A stretch of 64,000 bases of DNA from Minisyncoccota bacterium (GCA_041389025.1 JAWKSP010000001.1:2-64001), one strand, 5' to 3'. Positions 10,582 through 21,515 are shown, numbered from the stretch's first letter. A program made the numbers and translations. The notes: generated by a model from the sequence alone, not told the origin.

Positions 10582-10944
10582 TCGTACAGTAATAGCACAA
10601 AAAAAAGTGATTGTACATATCCAAGCTTCGGTACTCATATATGAAGATTAGTATTCGATCTATCAATAAAAATCTTTACGTATGAATCCTACATATTAGT
10701 AACATCTTTCCTAAAATGAGGAGCCTACAACTTACTACCAAGAATCTTTTATTAGTAATTTTTAGTAAGCCATTGATTTTAATGTTAATAGATTATTATA
10801 AATAAACTACTGCTGATATTAAAATCAATAGTATCGCTAGTTGTAAATATACCAATATTACTCTACTTTGATAGTTTACTTAACATATAAATATTATAGA
10901 TATACAGTAAATCATTTACTGAGGTTAATCTGTTTGTCTTAAAA

Positions 10945-10978
10945 AGAAAAACACCTGAATTTCGTCAGGTGTTTTTCT
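10945..10978. terminator. Intrinsic terminator downstream of secA-holin-family pair
   Basis: agaaaaacacctga-atttcg-tcaggtgtttttct. Confidence 0.75.
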
Positions 10979-11014
10979 CGTTTATTAGGAATATCTATAT
11001 TTAACAACCTTAAT

Positions 11015-11350
11015 TTACTGTATATATTTATTTCCAATCGCGCTAATTACGGAAACAATAAGCGATCCTAATAGGGCATGCCAGAAAGTTTGAACTGAAA
11101 AACCGTCAATAAAAGAGGCGGCAAACCAAAATAGAAACGCATTTATAACAATCATAAATAACCCTAATGTAAGTACAGTTATAGGTAAGGTTAAAATAAA
11201 TAAAATTGGTCTTACAAATAGATTAAGTAGACCGATAGTTATCGCAGCTATAATTGCTGGGTAGAACCCGTCTACATTAATTCCTGGGATATAAGCCGCT
11301 ACTACTAGTAAGGTTAGTGCTGTTAGTAGTAACTTAGTTATAAGCTTCAT
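11015..11350 (-). CDS. Phage holin family / YvlD-like membrane protein
   Basis: GLLNLFVRPIL..LTLPITVLTLGLF..VINA; 4 TM helices. Confidence 0.85.
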   Translation of the reverse strand: MKLITKLLLTALTLLVVAAYIPGINVDGFYPAIIAAITIGLLNLFVRPILFILTLPITVLTLGLFMIVINAFLFWFAASFIDGFSVQTFWHALLGSLIVSVISAIGNKYIQ

Positions 11351-11357
11351 AAAAATT

Positions 11358-13880
11358 TTATTTTTTATCTATTATGTTCCAACCTGAACTTAATAAAGCT
11401 TCTGCTTTTTTATATTTTACTTCTTTTGTTTCTCTCCCATCAGTAATAGTCACTAGATCATTTCTACCGTATTGCTTATCACTTTTGACTGGCTGTTTGG
11501 ACCTTTGATCAATACCAGCATTATTGCCAGCTGACTTTTGAGCTGCTTCAGATTGTTTTTTCATTTCTTCTTCTTCCTTTTCCACCAAGACCGGTTGAAG
11601 TTTTGGTAATACTTCTAAAATCCTTATCAATACTGTCTGTTGCATTTCACCAAACAATCTTATTCCTTCTTTTTTATACTCAATCAATGGATCGCGTTGT
11701 CCATAAGCTCTTAGATTTACACTTGATCTGGTGTAATTCATTACTTCTAAATGTTCTACCCAAAGCATATCTATCATCTGAAGAGCTAGTCGTCTAAACA
11801 AACCCCTGAACTCCTCTTCCCCTAATTCAGTTCTTTTGTTTTCTATTATCTCTTTCGCTCCTTCAAATTGACTAATTTCACTCAACACTTCATCCACCTC
11901 TTCACGGTCACCTAAAAGCAATTTATACCTTCTTTCATAAATAACCATCCTTTGTTTGTTTAAAACATCATCATATGCCAATACTTGTTTTCTAGAATCA
12001 AAATGGAAACCTTCAATTCTAGTTTGAGCATTCTCTAGTGCATTAGAAAGCATCTTCATCTCAATCGGTTGATCTTCGGGTATTTTAAAAGTGCCCATTA
12101 GCTTTTTTACTCTATCACCACCAAAGACTCGCATTAGACTGTCGTCCATTGACACATAGAATTGAGTCTCTCCTGGATCACCCTGCCGACCAGATCGCCC
12201 CCTTAGCTGATTATCGATTCTTCTAGCCTCATGTCTCTCTGTACCTAAGACAAACAAGCCTCCTAGCTCTTTTACTTTATCTGAGTCTTCTTTGGACGCC
12301 TCCGGTCCACCAAGTTTAATATCCACTCCACGACCAGCCATGTTAGTAGCTAAAGTTACAGCACCAATTTTTCCAGCATTAGCAATTATTTCTCCTTCAC
12401 TTTCATGATTTTTGGCATTTAGCATTTGATGTTTGACTCCAGCCGTCAACAAAGCCTTGGATAGACGTTCGTTACTTTCAATCGAAGCTGTACCTATCAA
12501 AATAGGCTGTTTTTTATCATGTATTTCTTTTACTTTATTTATTATTGCAGCAAACTTTCCTTTTTCATTTTGAAAAATTAAATCAGTATGATCAATTCTA
12601 GCTACCGGTTTATTAGTCGGTACTGGTATCACTTCTAAATTATAGACCGTAAAAAACTCCTCTTGTGATGTTAGAGCGGTACCAGTCATGCCTGCCAATT
12701 TCTTGTACATACGGAAATAATTTTGGTAAGTAATAGAAGCAAAGGTCTTTGACTCACGCTGAATCGAAACCCCTTCTTTTGCTTCGATTGCTTGATGTAG
12801 ACCTTCTGACCACCGACGTCCCGGTTGTAATCTACCAGTAAATTCGTCTACTATAACCACTTCTCCATCTCTAACTACATATTCTTTGTCTTTAGTAAAA
12901 ATCGCCTTAGCCCGCACCGCGGTTTCTAAGTGGTGGACATACTTTATTCCTTTTTCAGTATAAATATTTTCTATACCTAACATCTTTTCAGCAGCCTCTA
13001 TCCCGGCATCTGTTAAGGCTATGGTTTTAAGCTTTTCATCGATTGAATAGTGTTCTTCTGGTTTTAAGCTGCGAGCAATGTTAGCAAATACTGTGTATAG
13101 ATTTTCAGAATCGTTAGCTGGAGCAGAGATAATTAGCGGAGTTCTTGCCTCATCAATTAAAATAGAGTCTATCTCATCAACAATTGCAAAATTGTGTTGT
13201 TTTTGTCTTAGGTTATCAGACTCATACTCTATATTGTCGCGCAAAAAATCGAAACCAAACTCACTATTAGTACCGTAAGTTATATCAGCAGCGTAAGCTT
13301 CTTGTCTAGTACAAGGACGAAGAAAATCATAGACTACTTTGTAAGCTCCCACCTCATCTCTTTCTTCATCTTTATCTTGATGACTAGGATCATACAAGTA
13401 AGAAGCTCCGTTATTTATTACTCCAACAGTCAAGCCTAAAATGGAATAAATTTGCCCCATCCAAACAGCGTCACGTCGAGACAAATAATCGTTAACAGTC
13501 ACTACATGTACACCTTTTTGGCTCAAGGCATTTAAATATGCTGGCAAGGTACCCACCAAGGTCTTTCCTTCACCAGTACGCATCTCAGTAATTTTACCTC
13601 TATGTAAAATTACTCCACCAATCATCTGAACGTCATAATGACGAATATTTAAGGTTCTCTTAGCAGCTTCTCTAACCAAAGCGAACGCATCTACTAAAAC
13701 ATCGTCTAAACTAGCACCAGAACCAACAACTTCCTTTAACTCTACAGTCTTAGCCTGTAATTGTTCATCTGAAAAATCCTTATAAAAATCCTCTTTTTCG
13801 TTAATAGCCGTAACGATTGGCCTGATTGACTTTAATTCCTTATCATAGGATGGGCCAAAAAATCTATCTAAAAATGACAT
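11358..13880 (-). CDS. secA: Preprotein translocase subunit SecA
   Basis: MRTGEGKT, VDEIDSILIDEARTPLIIS, RRIDNQLRGRSGRQGDPG; ATG 13880 lies 7 nt after TATACT. Confidence 0.98.
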   Translation of the reverse strand: MSFLDRFFGPSYDKELKSIRPIVTAINEKEDFYKDFSDEQLQAKTVELKEVVGSGASLDDVLVDAFALVREAAKRTLNIRHYDVQMIGGVILHRGKITEMRTGEGKTLVGTLPAYLNALSQKGVHVVTVNDYLSRRDAVWMGQIYSILGLTVGVINNGASYLYDPSHQDKDEERDEVGAYKVVYDFLRPCTRQEAYAADITYGTNSEFGFDFLRDNIEYESDNLRQKQHNFAIVDEIDSILIDEARTPLIISAPANDSENLYTVFANIARSLKPEEHYSIDEKLKTIALTDAGIEAAEKMLGIENIYTEKGIKYVHHLETAVRAKAIFTKDKEYVVRDGEVVIVDEFTGRLQPGRRWSEGLHQAIEAKEGVSIQRESKTFASITYQNYFRMYKKLAGMTGTALTSQEEFFTVYNLEVIPVPTNKPVARIDHTDLIFQNEKGKFAAIINKVKEIHDKKQPILIGTASIESNERLSKALLTAGVKHQMLNAKNHESEGEIIANAGKIGAVTLATNMAGRGVDIKLGGPEASKEDSDKVKELGGLFVLGTERHEARRIDNQLRGRSGRQGDPGETQFYVSMDDSLMRVFGGDRVKKLMGTFKIPEDQPIEMKMLSNALENAQTRIEGFHFDSRKQVLAYDDVLNKQRMVIYERRYKLLLGDREEVDEVLSEISQFEGAKEIIENKRTELGEEEFRGLFRRLALQMIDMLWVEHLEVMNYTRSSVNLRAYGQRDPLIEYKKEGIRLFGEMQQTVLIRILEVLPKLQPVLVEKEEEEMKKQSEAAQKSAGNNAGIDQRSKQPVKSDKQYGRNDLVTITDGRETKEVKYKKAEALLSSGWNIIDKK

Positions 13881-13921
13881 GAAGCCTAGTATATACGCTA
13901 TTTGGTTTAATTTCAAAAAAA

Positions 13922-13954
13922 AGAATAACCGTCACATGAAGTGACGGTTATTCT
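13922..13954. terminator. Intrinsic terminator after the histone-like gene
   Basis: agaataaccgtcac-atgaa-gtgacggttattct, followed by a U-tract on the minus strand. Confidence 0.75.
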
Positions 13955-13994
13955 ATAAGCTTTACCGGTAAATGGTACGTACCATTTATCAGAG

Positions 13995-14192
13995 TTACTT
14001 TTTTTTGGTAGTGCGTTTTTTAGCAGTAGACTTTTTAGCTGTCTTCTTTACAGCTTTTTTCTTTGTTGTCTTCTTAGCTGTTTTTCGAGCTACCTTCTTT
14101 ACAGCCTTCTTCTTTGGAGCCGCTTTTTTAGTAGTCTTTCGAACCACTTTCTTTGCGGTCTTCTTAGCTGCTGGTTTTTTCTTTGTTGGCAT
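13995..14192 (-). CDS. Histone H1-like Lys/Ala-rich nucleoid protein
   Basis: 65 aa made almost entirely of KKTAKK/KKAVKK repeats. Confidence 0.8.
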   Translation of the reverse strand: MPTKKKPAAKKTAKKVVRKTTKKAAPKKKAVKKVARKTAKKTTKKKAVKKTAKKSTAKKRTTKKK

Positions 14193-14341
14193 TTTTATTT
14201 GCGAGAAATTTTAGTGAATAATATTCGACCGCAAGACCTTCTCTTTTCAAAGAACTATCAGGTGAGAAAGTTTTTGCTTAACACTATTATTGCTTGTAAT
14301 TTTTTTTAATACAATAATTTTTGTAAAAAGAATTTGTGGAT

Positions 14342-14391
14342 AAAAAAATTACTGAAAAAATTTTTGTAAAAATTTTTTCAGTAATTTTTTT
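14342..14391. repeat. Perfect AT-rich palindrome, 24-bp arms, 2-nt loop
   Basis: aaaaaaattactgaaaaaattttt-gt-aaaaattttttcagtaattttttt. Confidence 0.85.
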
Positions 14392-14413
14392 TATTTATTT
14401 TATTTTTACTAAA

Positions 14414-15439
14414 TTATTTTAAGTAAAAAACTTCTGGAGTAATTTTTATTTTTGTTTTTTCATAAACTATCTTAATTATTTCATCAGCAAATCTTTTTAT
14501 TTCTTTTGAATTTTTTTCTTTATAATTAACCAAAACCAAAGCTTGTTCACTATAAAGTCCAACATTACCATCTTTACAGCCTTTTAAATTACATATTTTA
14601 TCTAAAATGTAACCTAGCGATAATTTAAATTTACCATTAATCATTTTGTAATTAGGCAAGCCTGGATACATTTCAATCAAACTATCTACAGTCTCTTTAC
14701 TAACAATTGGGTTTTTAAAAAAAGAACCGGCGGTCCCAACCTTTTTCCAATTAGGAAATTTATTTTCTCTTATCTTAATAACGGCTTCTCTAATATCTTT
14801 TTGATCGACTACAACATTATTAAATTTATTTTTTAAATCTCTATACTCTAATTTAGGAGTTGGATTTTTATTAAGTAAAAATGACACACTTAAGATAATA
14901 TAATTCTTACCTTTTTCAGTCTTAAAAAAAGAATCCCTGTAACCGAAGTCACAATCTTTGTTAGTGAAGGTTTCTGTCTGACCAGTAAGCATATTGAAAC
15001 ATGTAACTTCTTTTATTAAATCCTTAACCTCTACTCCATAAGCCCCAACGTTCTGTACTGGTGTAGCCCCTACCGTACCTGGTATGGCAGACAAATTCTC
15101 CAAACCCCAATACCCTTTTCTTACTGTATCAGCAATAACCTCATCCAAAACCTCTCCAGACTTGCAAACTAGTAACACTTTATCATTTTCAATATCTTTG
15201 TACTGAAAACCTTTTATATTATTATGTATCGCCAAACCTTCGTATCCACTATCATCAGCCAGAATATTTGATCCACCACCAAACACAAACCAAGATAAGG
15301 CGGTTTGCGAAGCAAACCGCCTTATCTTCTCCAAATCCTCAACTTCACTAATCATAGCAAAATACTTTGCTTCACCACCGACTTTAAGAGTTGTATATTT
15401 ATAAAGGAGAACTTTTTCCTTAATAAAGCTATCATTCAT
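14414..15439 (-). CDS. murB: UDP-N-acetylenolpyruvoylglucosamine reductase
   Basis: GGGSNIL, IPGTVGATPVQNVGAYG, FGYRDSFFK, AGSFFKNP. Confidence 0.96.
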   Translation of the reverse strand: MNDSFIKEKVLLYKYTTLKVGGEAKYFAMISEVEDLEKIRRFASQTALSWFVFGGGSNILADDSGYEGLAIHNNIKGFQYKDIENDKVLLVCKSGEVLDEVIADTVRKGYWGLENLSAIPGTVGATPVQNVGAYGVEVKDLIKEVTCFNMLTGQTETFTNKDCDFGYRDSFFKTEKGKNYIILSVSFLLNKNPTPKLEYRDLKNKFNNVVVDQKDIREAVIKIRENKFPNWKKVGTAGSFFKNPIVSKETVDSLIEMYPGLPNYKMINGKFKLSLGYILDKICNLKGCKDGNVGLYSEQALVLVNYKEKNSKEIKRFADEIIKIVYEKTKIKITPEVFYLK

Positions 15440-15441
15440 GA

Positions 15442-17643
15442 CTATTCTTCTTTATTAGGTACACAACCGATTTGTGGATCATTACCAGCCTCAATATTAC
15501 CAATAAAACAATTAGCGGTTTTAGCAAAAGTTGGCTTAGCTTCAATACTACCTCGTAAAGTTTCAACTGCTTTCTCTAACTCGCCATTTTGATAATATAA
15601 GAAAGAAAGCGATACCCAATTCTGTTCATTCTCTGGATCGTTTTTGGTTCTAGCTTCATAAGCTCTAACCAAGAAATCACTATCTCCAGCTTTGTTTGCA
15701 GCGCTTAATAAGAAATCATTACCGGCTAGATTTTGTACATAAGAATCTTCTTTCAACAATTCTTTAGCCTCTTCGTTCTTGTTTTGCATATAAAGAACGG
15801 CAGCATAAAAACCTCTAGCTTCAGTATTCCTGTGATCCAACTCAAAAGCTTCTTTAAAATATTCTTCAGCCTGCTCAACATTACCTTGACTATAAGCAAT
15901 AATGGCTTGTTGAGATATGATTGATTGTTTATTTGGTGACAATTCCCTAGCCGTCTCCATTTGCTCCTTAGCCTTAGATAAGTCACCAACAGCTCGATAG
16001 AAACTTGAGAAGAAAACATGTATGCGAGCATCACCAGGCTTCCACTCTACCAACCGCTTCAATTCTTCCTCTGCAGTCTTTATATAATCCTGTCTAATTT
16101 CTTCAGGAACGTTCGTATTAGATGCTATATTCATAGCCTGTTGAGCCAACTGTTCAGTTATCTCTTGGTAAGCAAATGAATCACGGCTAAGTGCCCTCTT
16201 AAAAGCTTCTAACCTAATTTCTGGATCATTAGAACCATAACCATCAATGATGTCTGACGCAGCATTCATACCAGGAAGATGTAAAGTATAAACAAGAACA
16301 ATAGCAAGTACCAAAGCCACTGGTGCTGCAAATTGATTAATTAAACTTTTCTCAACCTTAACATTTTCAATAGTTTCCACAGGCTTAGCCACCCGACTGT
16401 GTATCAAGGCTAAAATAACTGCAAAGAAAATGTAACTGATAATATTATCGAATACCACCAGATTGTGAGTAAAATATCCAGCTAAAATACCGACCAACAC
16501 AGCTCTTTCCAATACAGTAAATGACTCGTCTTCTTTATTGCGTAAAGGAACTACTACTAGATAATATAAACAAGTTGCAAACACACTCATGTAAGCAATG
16601 AAACCAAGAATACCACCAGTTGTAAGCCAGTCCATTACTATGTTGTGTGAACGATCAAACCATTGCTCTTGATCAAATAAGAAAGGATCGTACTGCTCGT
16701 TAAATATATAATTGAAATTGCTCTGACCCCAGCCAAGAATCGGACGTTCCTTCACCCCTTCAAAGGCCATACCCCAAATAGTCATACGGACCTTTAAGTC
16801 TTCGGCTAAGTTAATATTAGCAATTCGAGATAAGTTAGGATTGTCTTGTATAAAAGCCGAGTCTTTACCTAAAACAAAACCCCCCACCCCAATTGCTAAT
16901 AAAATAAAGAAACCAACCGCTACTTTTCTTAACTCTTTATACCGAGCTCCAAAAATAGCTATATAAGCAACCATAATAGTAATACCGACCCCTAAACCTA
17001 AAGTTGTACCTCTTGTACCAGTCTCAACTAAAGTAAAAATAAACATTAGAGTTAAAAGTCCATATATCACACGGTATAAATTCACCTTACTTTCAACCAA
17101 CATCCAAAGGGCAATAAAGATATGAAAGAACATGTAAATAGCCAAATAAGCAGCGTTACCCAAGTAACTTTCAATACGATTCTTGCCAAAATTAACATCA
17201 CCCAATTGAGCAAGACCATTTAAGGCTACGATAAAAGCTACTACTAAAGTAGTGTGTAAAAAATAACTCCAGAGTTTTTTGGTAGTAAGCACACTACCCA
17301 GCACCAAAACATAAAGAAAGACGTGAACAAGCGTGATATATCCATCCATCCGTTCAAAATTACTCCAAAAACTAGATGGTGGATGTTGTCCAAATAAATT
17401 AGCAAAAAACATTACGACCAAGAGTGAAATTAAACTCAACAGTACCCACGAAAATTTTGGACGATATCTAACTTCAGACAAAGCCAAAACTACCCACGCC
17501 AAAAACGACATTTCAACTAAAATGCGAAAAGCAAAATTTTTACCGGTAATATAAGGAAAGAAATAATCATTAGCGACATAAAGCGTCAAAAAAGGTACAG
17601 CAAAAAGACCGCCGTACACCACTACTTTTAAAAAACTATTCAT
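15442..17643 (-). CDS. O-antigen ligase / O-oligosaccharyltransferase-like membrane protein with C-terminal TPRs
   Basis: Many TMs; RIESYLGNAAYLA, TGTRG, RPILGWG, DRSHN motifs; TPR-like C-terminus. Confidence 0.85.
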   Translation of the reverse strand: MNSFLKVVVYGGLFAVPFLTLYVANDYFFPYITGKNFAFRILVEMSFLAWVVLALSEVRYRPKFSWVLLSLISLLVVMFFANLFGQHPPSSFWSNFERMDGYITLVHVFLYVLVLGSVLTTKKLWSYFLHTTLVVAFIVALNGLAQLGDVNFGKNRIESYLGNAAYLAIYMFFHIFIALWMLVESKVNLYRVIYGLLTLMFIFTLVETGTRGTTLGLGVGITIMVAYIAIFGARYKELRKVAVGFFILLAIGVGGFVLGKDSAFIQDNPNLSRIANINLAEDLKVRMTIWGMAFEGVKERPILGWGQSNFNYIFNEQYDPFLFDQEQWFDRSHNIVMDWLTTGGILGFIAYMSVFATCLYYLVVVPLRNKEDESFTVLERAVLVGILAGYFTHNLVVFDNIISYIFFAVILALIHSRVAKPVETIENVKVEKSLINQFAAPVALVLAIVLVYTLHLPGMNAASDIIDGYGSNDPEIRLEAFKRALSRDSFAYQEITEQLAQQAMNIASNTNVPEEIRQDYIKTAEEELKRLVEWKPGDARIHVFFSSFYRAVGDLSKAKEQMETARELSPNKQSIISQQAIIAYSQGNVEQAEEYFKEAFELDHRNTEARGFYAAVLYMQNKNEEAKELLKEDSYVQNLAGNDFLLSAANKAGDSDFLVRAYEARTKNDPENEQNWVSLSFLYYQNGELEKAVETLRGSIEAKPTFAKTANCFIGNIEAGNDPQIGCVPNKEE

Positions 17644-17786
17644 ATGGCAGTCAATATAACATATTTCAAAATTAGTACCCCTATAGACAAACAAAAAGTA
17701 GCAAGGTACAAAGTTGAAAAAATCGCTTAAATAAGAAACCTTTCACTTAAAAGACCTGTTATACTCATATACACAAATTTGCACAC

Positions 17787-19034
17787 ATGAAAAATCACAT
17801 TGTTGGATGGTTAAGACAAACTGAAAAATATACCCGAACCGATATGGTGTACTTGGTCGGTCAAAGTGGCTGGCTTATTGTAGGCCAAGCTGTGGCATTA
17901 ATCAGTTCCCTTACACTAGCTTGGGTATTTGCTAATTTTGTTGAACCTAGTGACTACGGTATATATAGATATGTATTAACATTAGCAATCATTGCCTCTG
18001 TTACTGCACTTACTGGTTTTGGAGTTGCTATAGCTAGAACGGTATCACAAAATTACGAGGTAAATTTAAACAAAATTATGAAAATCAAAATCAAATTTGG
18101 TTTTCTCGGTACAGTAGCTTTTCTCGGTATATCTTTATATTACCTTTGGCAAGAGAATACCATGCTAGCCACTATTTTTGCCACTATAGCTATCTGGATT
18201 CCATTCTATGAATCTCTATCGGATTACCAGTTTGTGTTACAAGGAAAAAAAGACTTCAAACTACAAACCGTCATTCGAACCTTACAGAGAACTTTTGTTA
18301 CCGTTATTGTAATTTTAACTATTTTTATAACAAAAAATATTATTGTAGTTACTTTTACTTATTTTCTAGCCACTACCTTGTCACAATATTTATCTAATCG
18401 TTATACACAAAAAAAATATTTCACCGGAAACGATACAAAAACTCCATACAAAACCATGACTACTTACGCTAAACATTTATCAGTACAAAATATATTTTTC
18501 ATAGGAGTTACACAACTTGATAAAGTTCTTTTGTTTAAATTTCTTGGACCAACTAAATTAGCTATCTATCTATTTGCTATCTCTATCCCAAACGAAATAC
18601 AAGGTATTCTAGGCAACATAAATTCAGTCGCTTTTCCAAAATTAGTAGATCGTGATAGTCGACACTTCAAGATCGCTCTTCTTAAAAAAATCGGAGTTTT
18701 TACTCTAATTCTTCTAATCCCAGTTGCTTTGTATTGGTTAGCTGCTCCTTATATATTTAAATTACTGTTCCCAGTTTATGTAGATTCGATACTTATATCA
18801 CAATTATTCGTCGGCACTATCCTCTTTATTCCGATTAGTTTAATTTGGCATTATTTCTATGCCGTAGAAGATAAGAAAGTTTTATGGTTTGGAACATTCG
18901 TTGGTCCCTTGACTCTTATTTTTAGTATTATCATTCTTGTCCCTATACTAGATTTAGTTGGAGCAGTTCTAGCCGTATACATAAGAGGTTTTGTAGACTT
19001 ACTCTTTGGACTGTATTTCTTTTTGAGAAAATGA
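17787..19034 (+). CDS. Wzx-type oligosaccharide flippase
   Basis: About 12 TMs; DYGIYRY and LDKVLL motifs. Confidence 0.8.
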   Translation: MKNHIVGWLRQTEKYTRTDMVYLVGQSGWLIVGQAVALISSLTLAWVFANFVEPSDYGIYRYVLTLAIIASVTALTGFGVAIARTVSQNYEVNLNKIMKIKIKFGFLGTVAFLGISLYYLWQENTMLATIFATIAIWIPFYESLSDYQFVLQGKKDFKLQTVIRTLQRTFVTVIVILTIFITKNIIVVTFTYFLATTLSQYLSNRYTQKKYFTGNDTKTPYKTMTTYAKHLSVQNIFFIGVTQLDKVLLFKFLGPTKLAIYLFAISIPNEIQGILGNINSVAFPKLVDRDSRHFKIALLKKIGVFTLILLIPVALYWLAAPYIFKLLFPVYVDSILISQLFVGTILFIPISLIWHYFYAVEDKKVLWFGTFVGPLTLIFSIIILVPILDLVGAVLAVYIRGFVDLLFGLYFFLRK

Positions 19035-19096
19035 AAAGCGGCAAAACATTATAGTCATACCGCTTTTAAAGGCTATTTATTAATAGCCGAATAAAA

Positions 19097-19894
19097 CTAA
19101 TTATTAATAAAGAACTCGTGCTCGGCCAGCCACAAGCAATAATCTCGAACTTCTTCCAGTGAGGCCACATCATCTGTGTAGGCTAAAACTTTTGCAAACT
19201 CACTGGTATGAAAATCTACCTGACTAATTAAACAATCCTTAGAAGAATCTTGGCATGAAATCATCATCAATTCTTTAAACGGACTTATGGCGTGCGGCAC
19301 AGGTATAATTGGAATCTTAACACCTCGCTTGATAAATGCTTTCAGTTGCGTACAAAACGCTCGTGGAAACAGATGTCCAGGAGCTGCCATCAAAGCAATT
19401 GCTTCAATATTATGCTCGACTACCATATCAGTGACCCATTTGGCCTGCTCACCAGTGTGTCTTGCGTGTACTTGAGTGAAAAACTGTGTAGCACCACTCA
19501 AGTCAGCTGCCGCTATAGCATTACCAATCTTATCGACTGAATAATAAGCTCGTGTTCGACCCTTATACCCACCATCAGAACCAGAGTAGGCCAAATGATG
19601 ACCAGCCACCAAGAAATGTGGACTCTCCAACTCATACACAAGATCTATCGCGTCAGATAAGGGATCTTCCGGAATAATTCCCGGATACAAAACTGTAGAT
19701 ATACAACCTTGCGGCGCCGGTCTGTATAAAGAAGCGAGTCCAGACACTGCCATGGTAAGCTTCTGTAAATAATCAATTTCTCGACCAATCTGATCAGCAA
19801 CCGTCTGGTCACCAATCAGTTTTGTAAACTTACCATCAGGACCAAAAATACTGTCTTTGTAAGGTACAACAACATAAGGTTTTTCTGCTGCCAT
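19097..19894 (-). CDS. Hypothetical protein (SD-led)
   Basis: 265-aa ORF; AGGAGG 8 nt before ATG; TTGACT-17-TATTTT promoter at 19954-19982. Confidence 0.7.
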   Translation of the reverse strand: MAAEKPYVVVPYKDSIFGPDGKFTKLIGDQTVADQIGREIDYLQKLTMAVSGLASLYRPAPQGCISTVLYPGIIPEDPLSDAIDLVYELESPHFLVAGHHLAYSGSDGGYKGRTRAYYSVDKIGNAIAAADLSGATQFFTQVHARHTGEQAKWVTDMVVEHNIEAIALMAAPGHLFPRAFCTQLKAFIKRGVKIPIIPVPHAISPFKELMMISCQDSSKDCLISQVDFHTSEFAKVLAYTDDVASLEEVRDYCLWLAEHEFFINN

Positions 19895-19991
19895 TTAAGT
19901 TCCCTCCTATACATAAATTAATTTAAATGCAGGTTAAAAAATATTGCCCCATGAAAATACCACTTAAGTACCTGTTAGTCAATATTTTCGT

Positions 19992-20888
19992 CCCTGAATC
20001 CATAAACTCAAATAATCTTATTCAAAGCCATGATCTGATAACTCAGTAACACTCGTACATAATGAAGAGCATACCCTGATACAGAACGAGGAAAAGAAGT
20101 AACCAAGTGTAGATGCTCTTTAAGGTAATCAAACACACATTCAACTTTGGAACGTAGGTTAAGTAACCGTAGCTGCTGTGAGGTAGCGATTTTTTTCTTT
20201 TGACTTGGCCACGGTGGAGCGATAATGGCGGTACCATAATTTTCATAAACAATCCTGCTACGACACAATGTTCATTTAAAATATCAGTCATGACCTGAGC
20301 ATCGTGGATGTTAGCTAGTGTGAAAGCCATTCCACACAGTCTACCATCCAAAGCAACACTGGCATGAAGTTTAAATCCATAGTGCCAACCTTGCCAATTC
20401 TTGCCAAAATCAGCTATATTCTTAGCCACTTTATACCTATCTACTCGATGGTTCTTGCAGACCGGTAACATAGTGGAGTCTATTAGTCTGATAGCTTCGG
20501 TGGTACCAAGTAGTTGGTTTAACAGGTAATACATTTGTGGTAATGCCTTATGGCAGTGATTAACAAAGGCTGAGTATTTGGGTAATTTAAAGTCATTGTT
20601 GTGATAAACCAGAATAGTGTCATGAATATCCTTCAGGGTTTTTTGTTTAAGAACAATAGTGTTCCAAATCAATATGGTTATCACTTCAGATTCGGATAAC
20701 AAAGCCGGTCTACCGGTAACATAGGGCTTGGTATCAATCTGTTGGTCTACCCAATAATATAAATCTACTATATGATGTGAATACAAAAAGAGCATAGTAC
20801 GTTATTTATGTTGGTATATAGATATCGTACGTGCTCTTTTTGTGTTTTAAGGGTTTAATTGGGGATACTTGAGTTTATGGATTCAGGG
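19992..20888 (-). mobile_element. IS982-family insertion sequence (defective)
   Basis: Perfect 20-bp terminal IRs ccctgaatccataaactcaa (19992-20011 and 20869-20888); 6-bp target duplication TTTCGT (19986-19991 and 20889-20894). Confidence 0.9.
20008..20795 (-). pseudogene. IS982 transposase, frameshifted with apparent internal deletion
   Basis: IDSTMLPVC, GWHYGFKLH, ANIHD in one frame; RSKVECVFDYLKEH..FPRS in another; the expected D-x-x-Y segment is absent at the junction near 20260. Confidence 0.85.
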
Positions 20889-20969
20889 TTTCGTTGGTTG
20901 TATTTTAAAAGTTTACTTTTGTAAAAAACAAAAGCGCACTTAGCCAACATATCTGGCTAAGTGCTTATT

Positions 20970-21440
20970 TTAAGTTTTTCTTGGAGATTGGTTTAACCGA
21001 ATTAACTCTTCTCTCATTCGACTCAAAATATTTTCAACTAATTGTTTATCTCTTGAGTCGTTAAATCTGAAGTCAGCTGATTCTGGCTTTCTTTCTAAAT
21101 CACTTAAATCAAAAATTGCAACAAAAAACTCTTCAGTAGACAAAAGACCTGTAGACTTTTTAGCATAGATTCCTCTACCACTTACATTTGAATAAGACCC
21201 CCCAGCAATAATACGCTCACGAATAACTAAAGGATCTTTGTAATGTGGTTGCAAGACTACAATCATCTCTTTCAAGTATTTATCAAGAACCTTTTTTATT
21301 CTCTTATTATCATCATCAATATAAGCTAGTAAATGTGCTCCACAATATAAAACTACAAATACTAACAATAGTAATAATAATGAATGTGAAACTGAAAATA
21401 AAAATTCTATTACTGGATTTGACATTATCCCTGAAAACAT
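20970..21440 (-). CDS. Hypothetical membrane-anchored protein (SD-led)
   Basis: N-terminal TM; AGGGGA before ATG; TTGACA-17-TTCAAT promoter at 21477-21505. Confidence 0.65.
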   Translation of the reverse strand: MFSGIMSNPVIEFLFSVSHSLLLLLLVFVVLYCGAHLLAYIDDDNKRIKKVLDKYLKEMIVVLQPHYKDPLVIRERIIAGGSYSNVSGRGIYAKKSTGLLSTEEFFVAIFDLSDLERKPESADFRFNDSRDKQLVENILSRMREELIRLNQSPRKT

Positions 21441-21515
21441 ATTTATCCCCTAACAAAAATATAAAAATCTGCTACTATTGAAGCATAAAAGCTTTATTAT
21501 GTCAATATCTAAATT

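Noticed and set aside
10878-10905. dif-like site (ATATGTTAAGT arm) in an AT-rich intergenic region
   Set aside because: Only one arm resembles XerD consensus, spacing is off, and gene orientation does not switch across the window.
11015-11350. Prophage suggested by holin-family and tail-fibre-like genes
   Set aside because: No capsid, terminase or integrase genes; neighbours are housekeeping; the fibre-like protein has a Sec signal peptide.
13972-14214. Plus-strand hydrophobic 80-aa ORF
   Set aside because: Antisense mirror of the Lys-rich histone-like gene.
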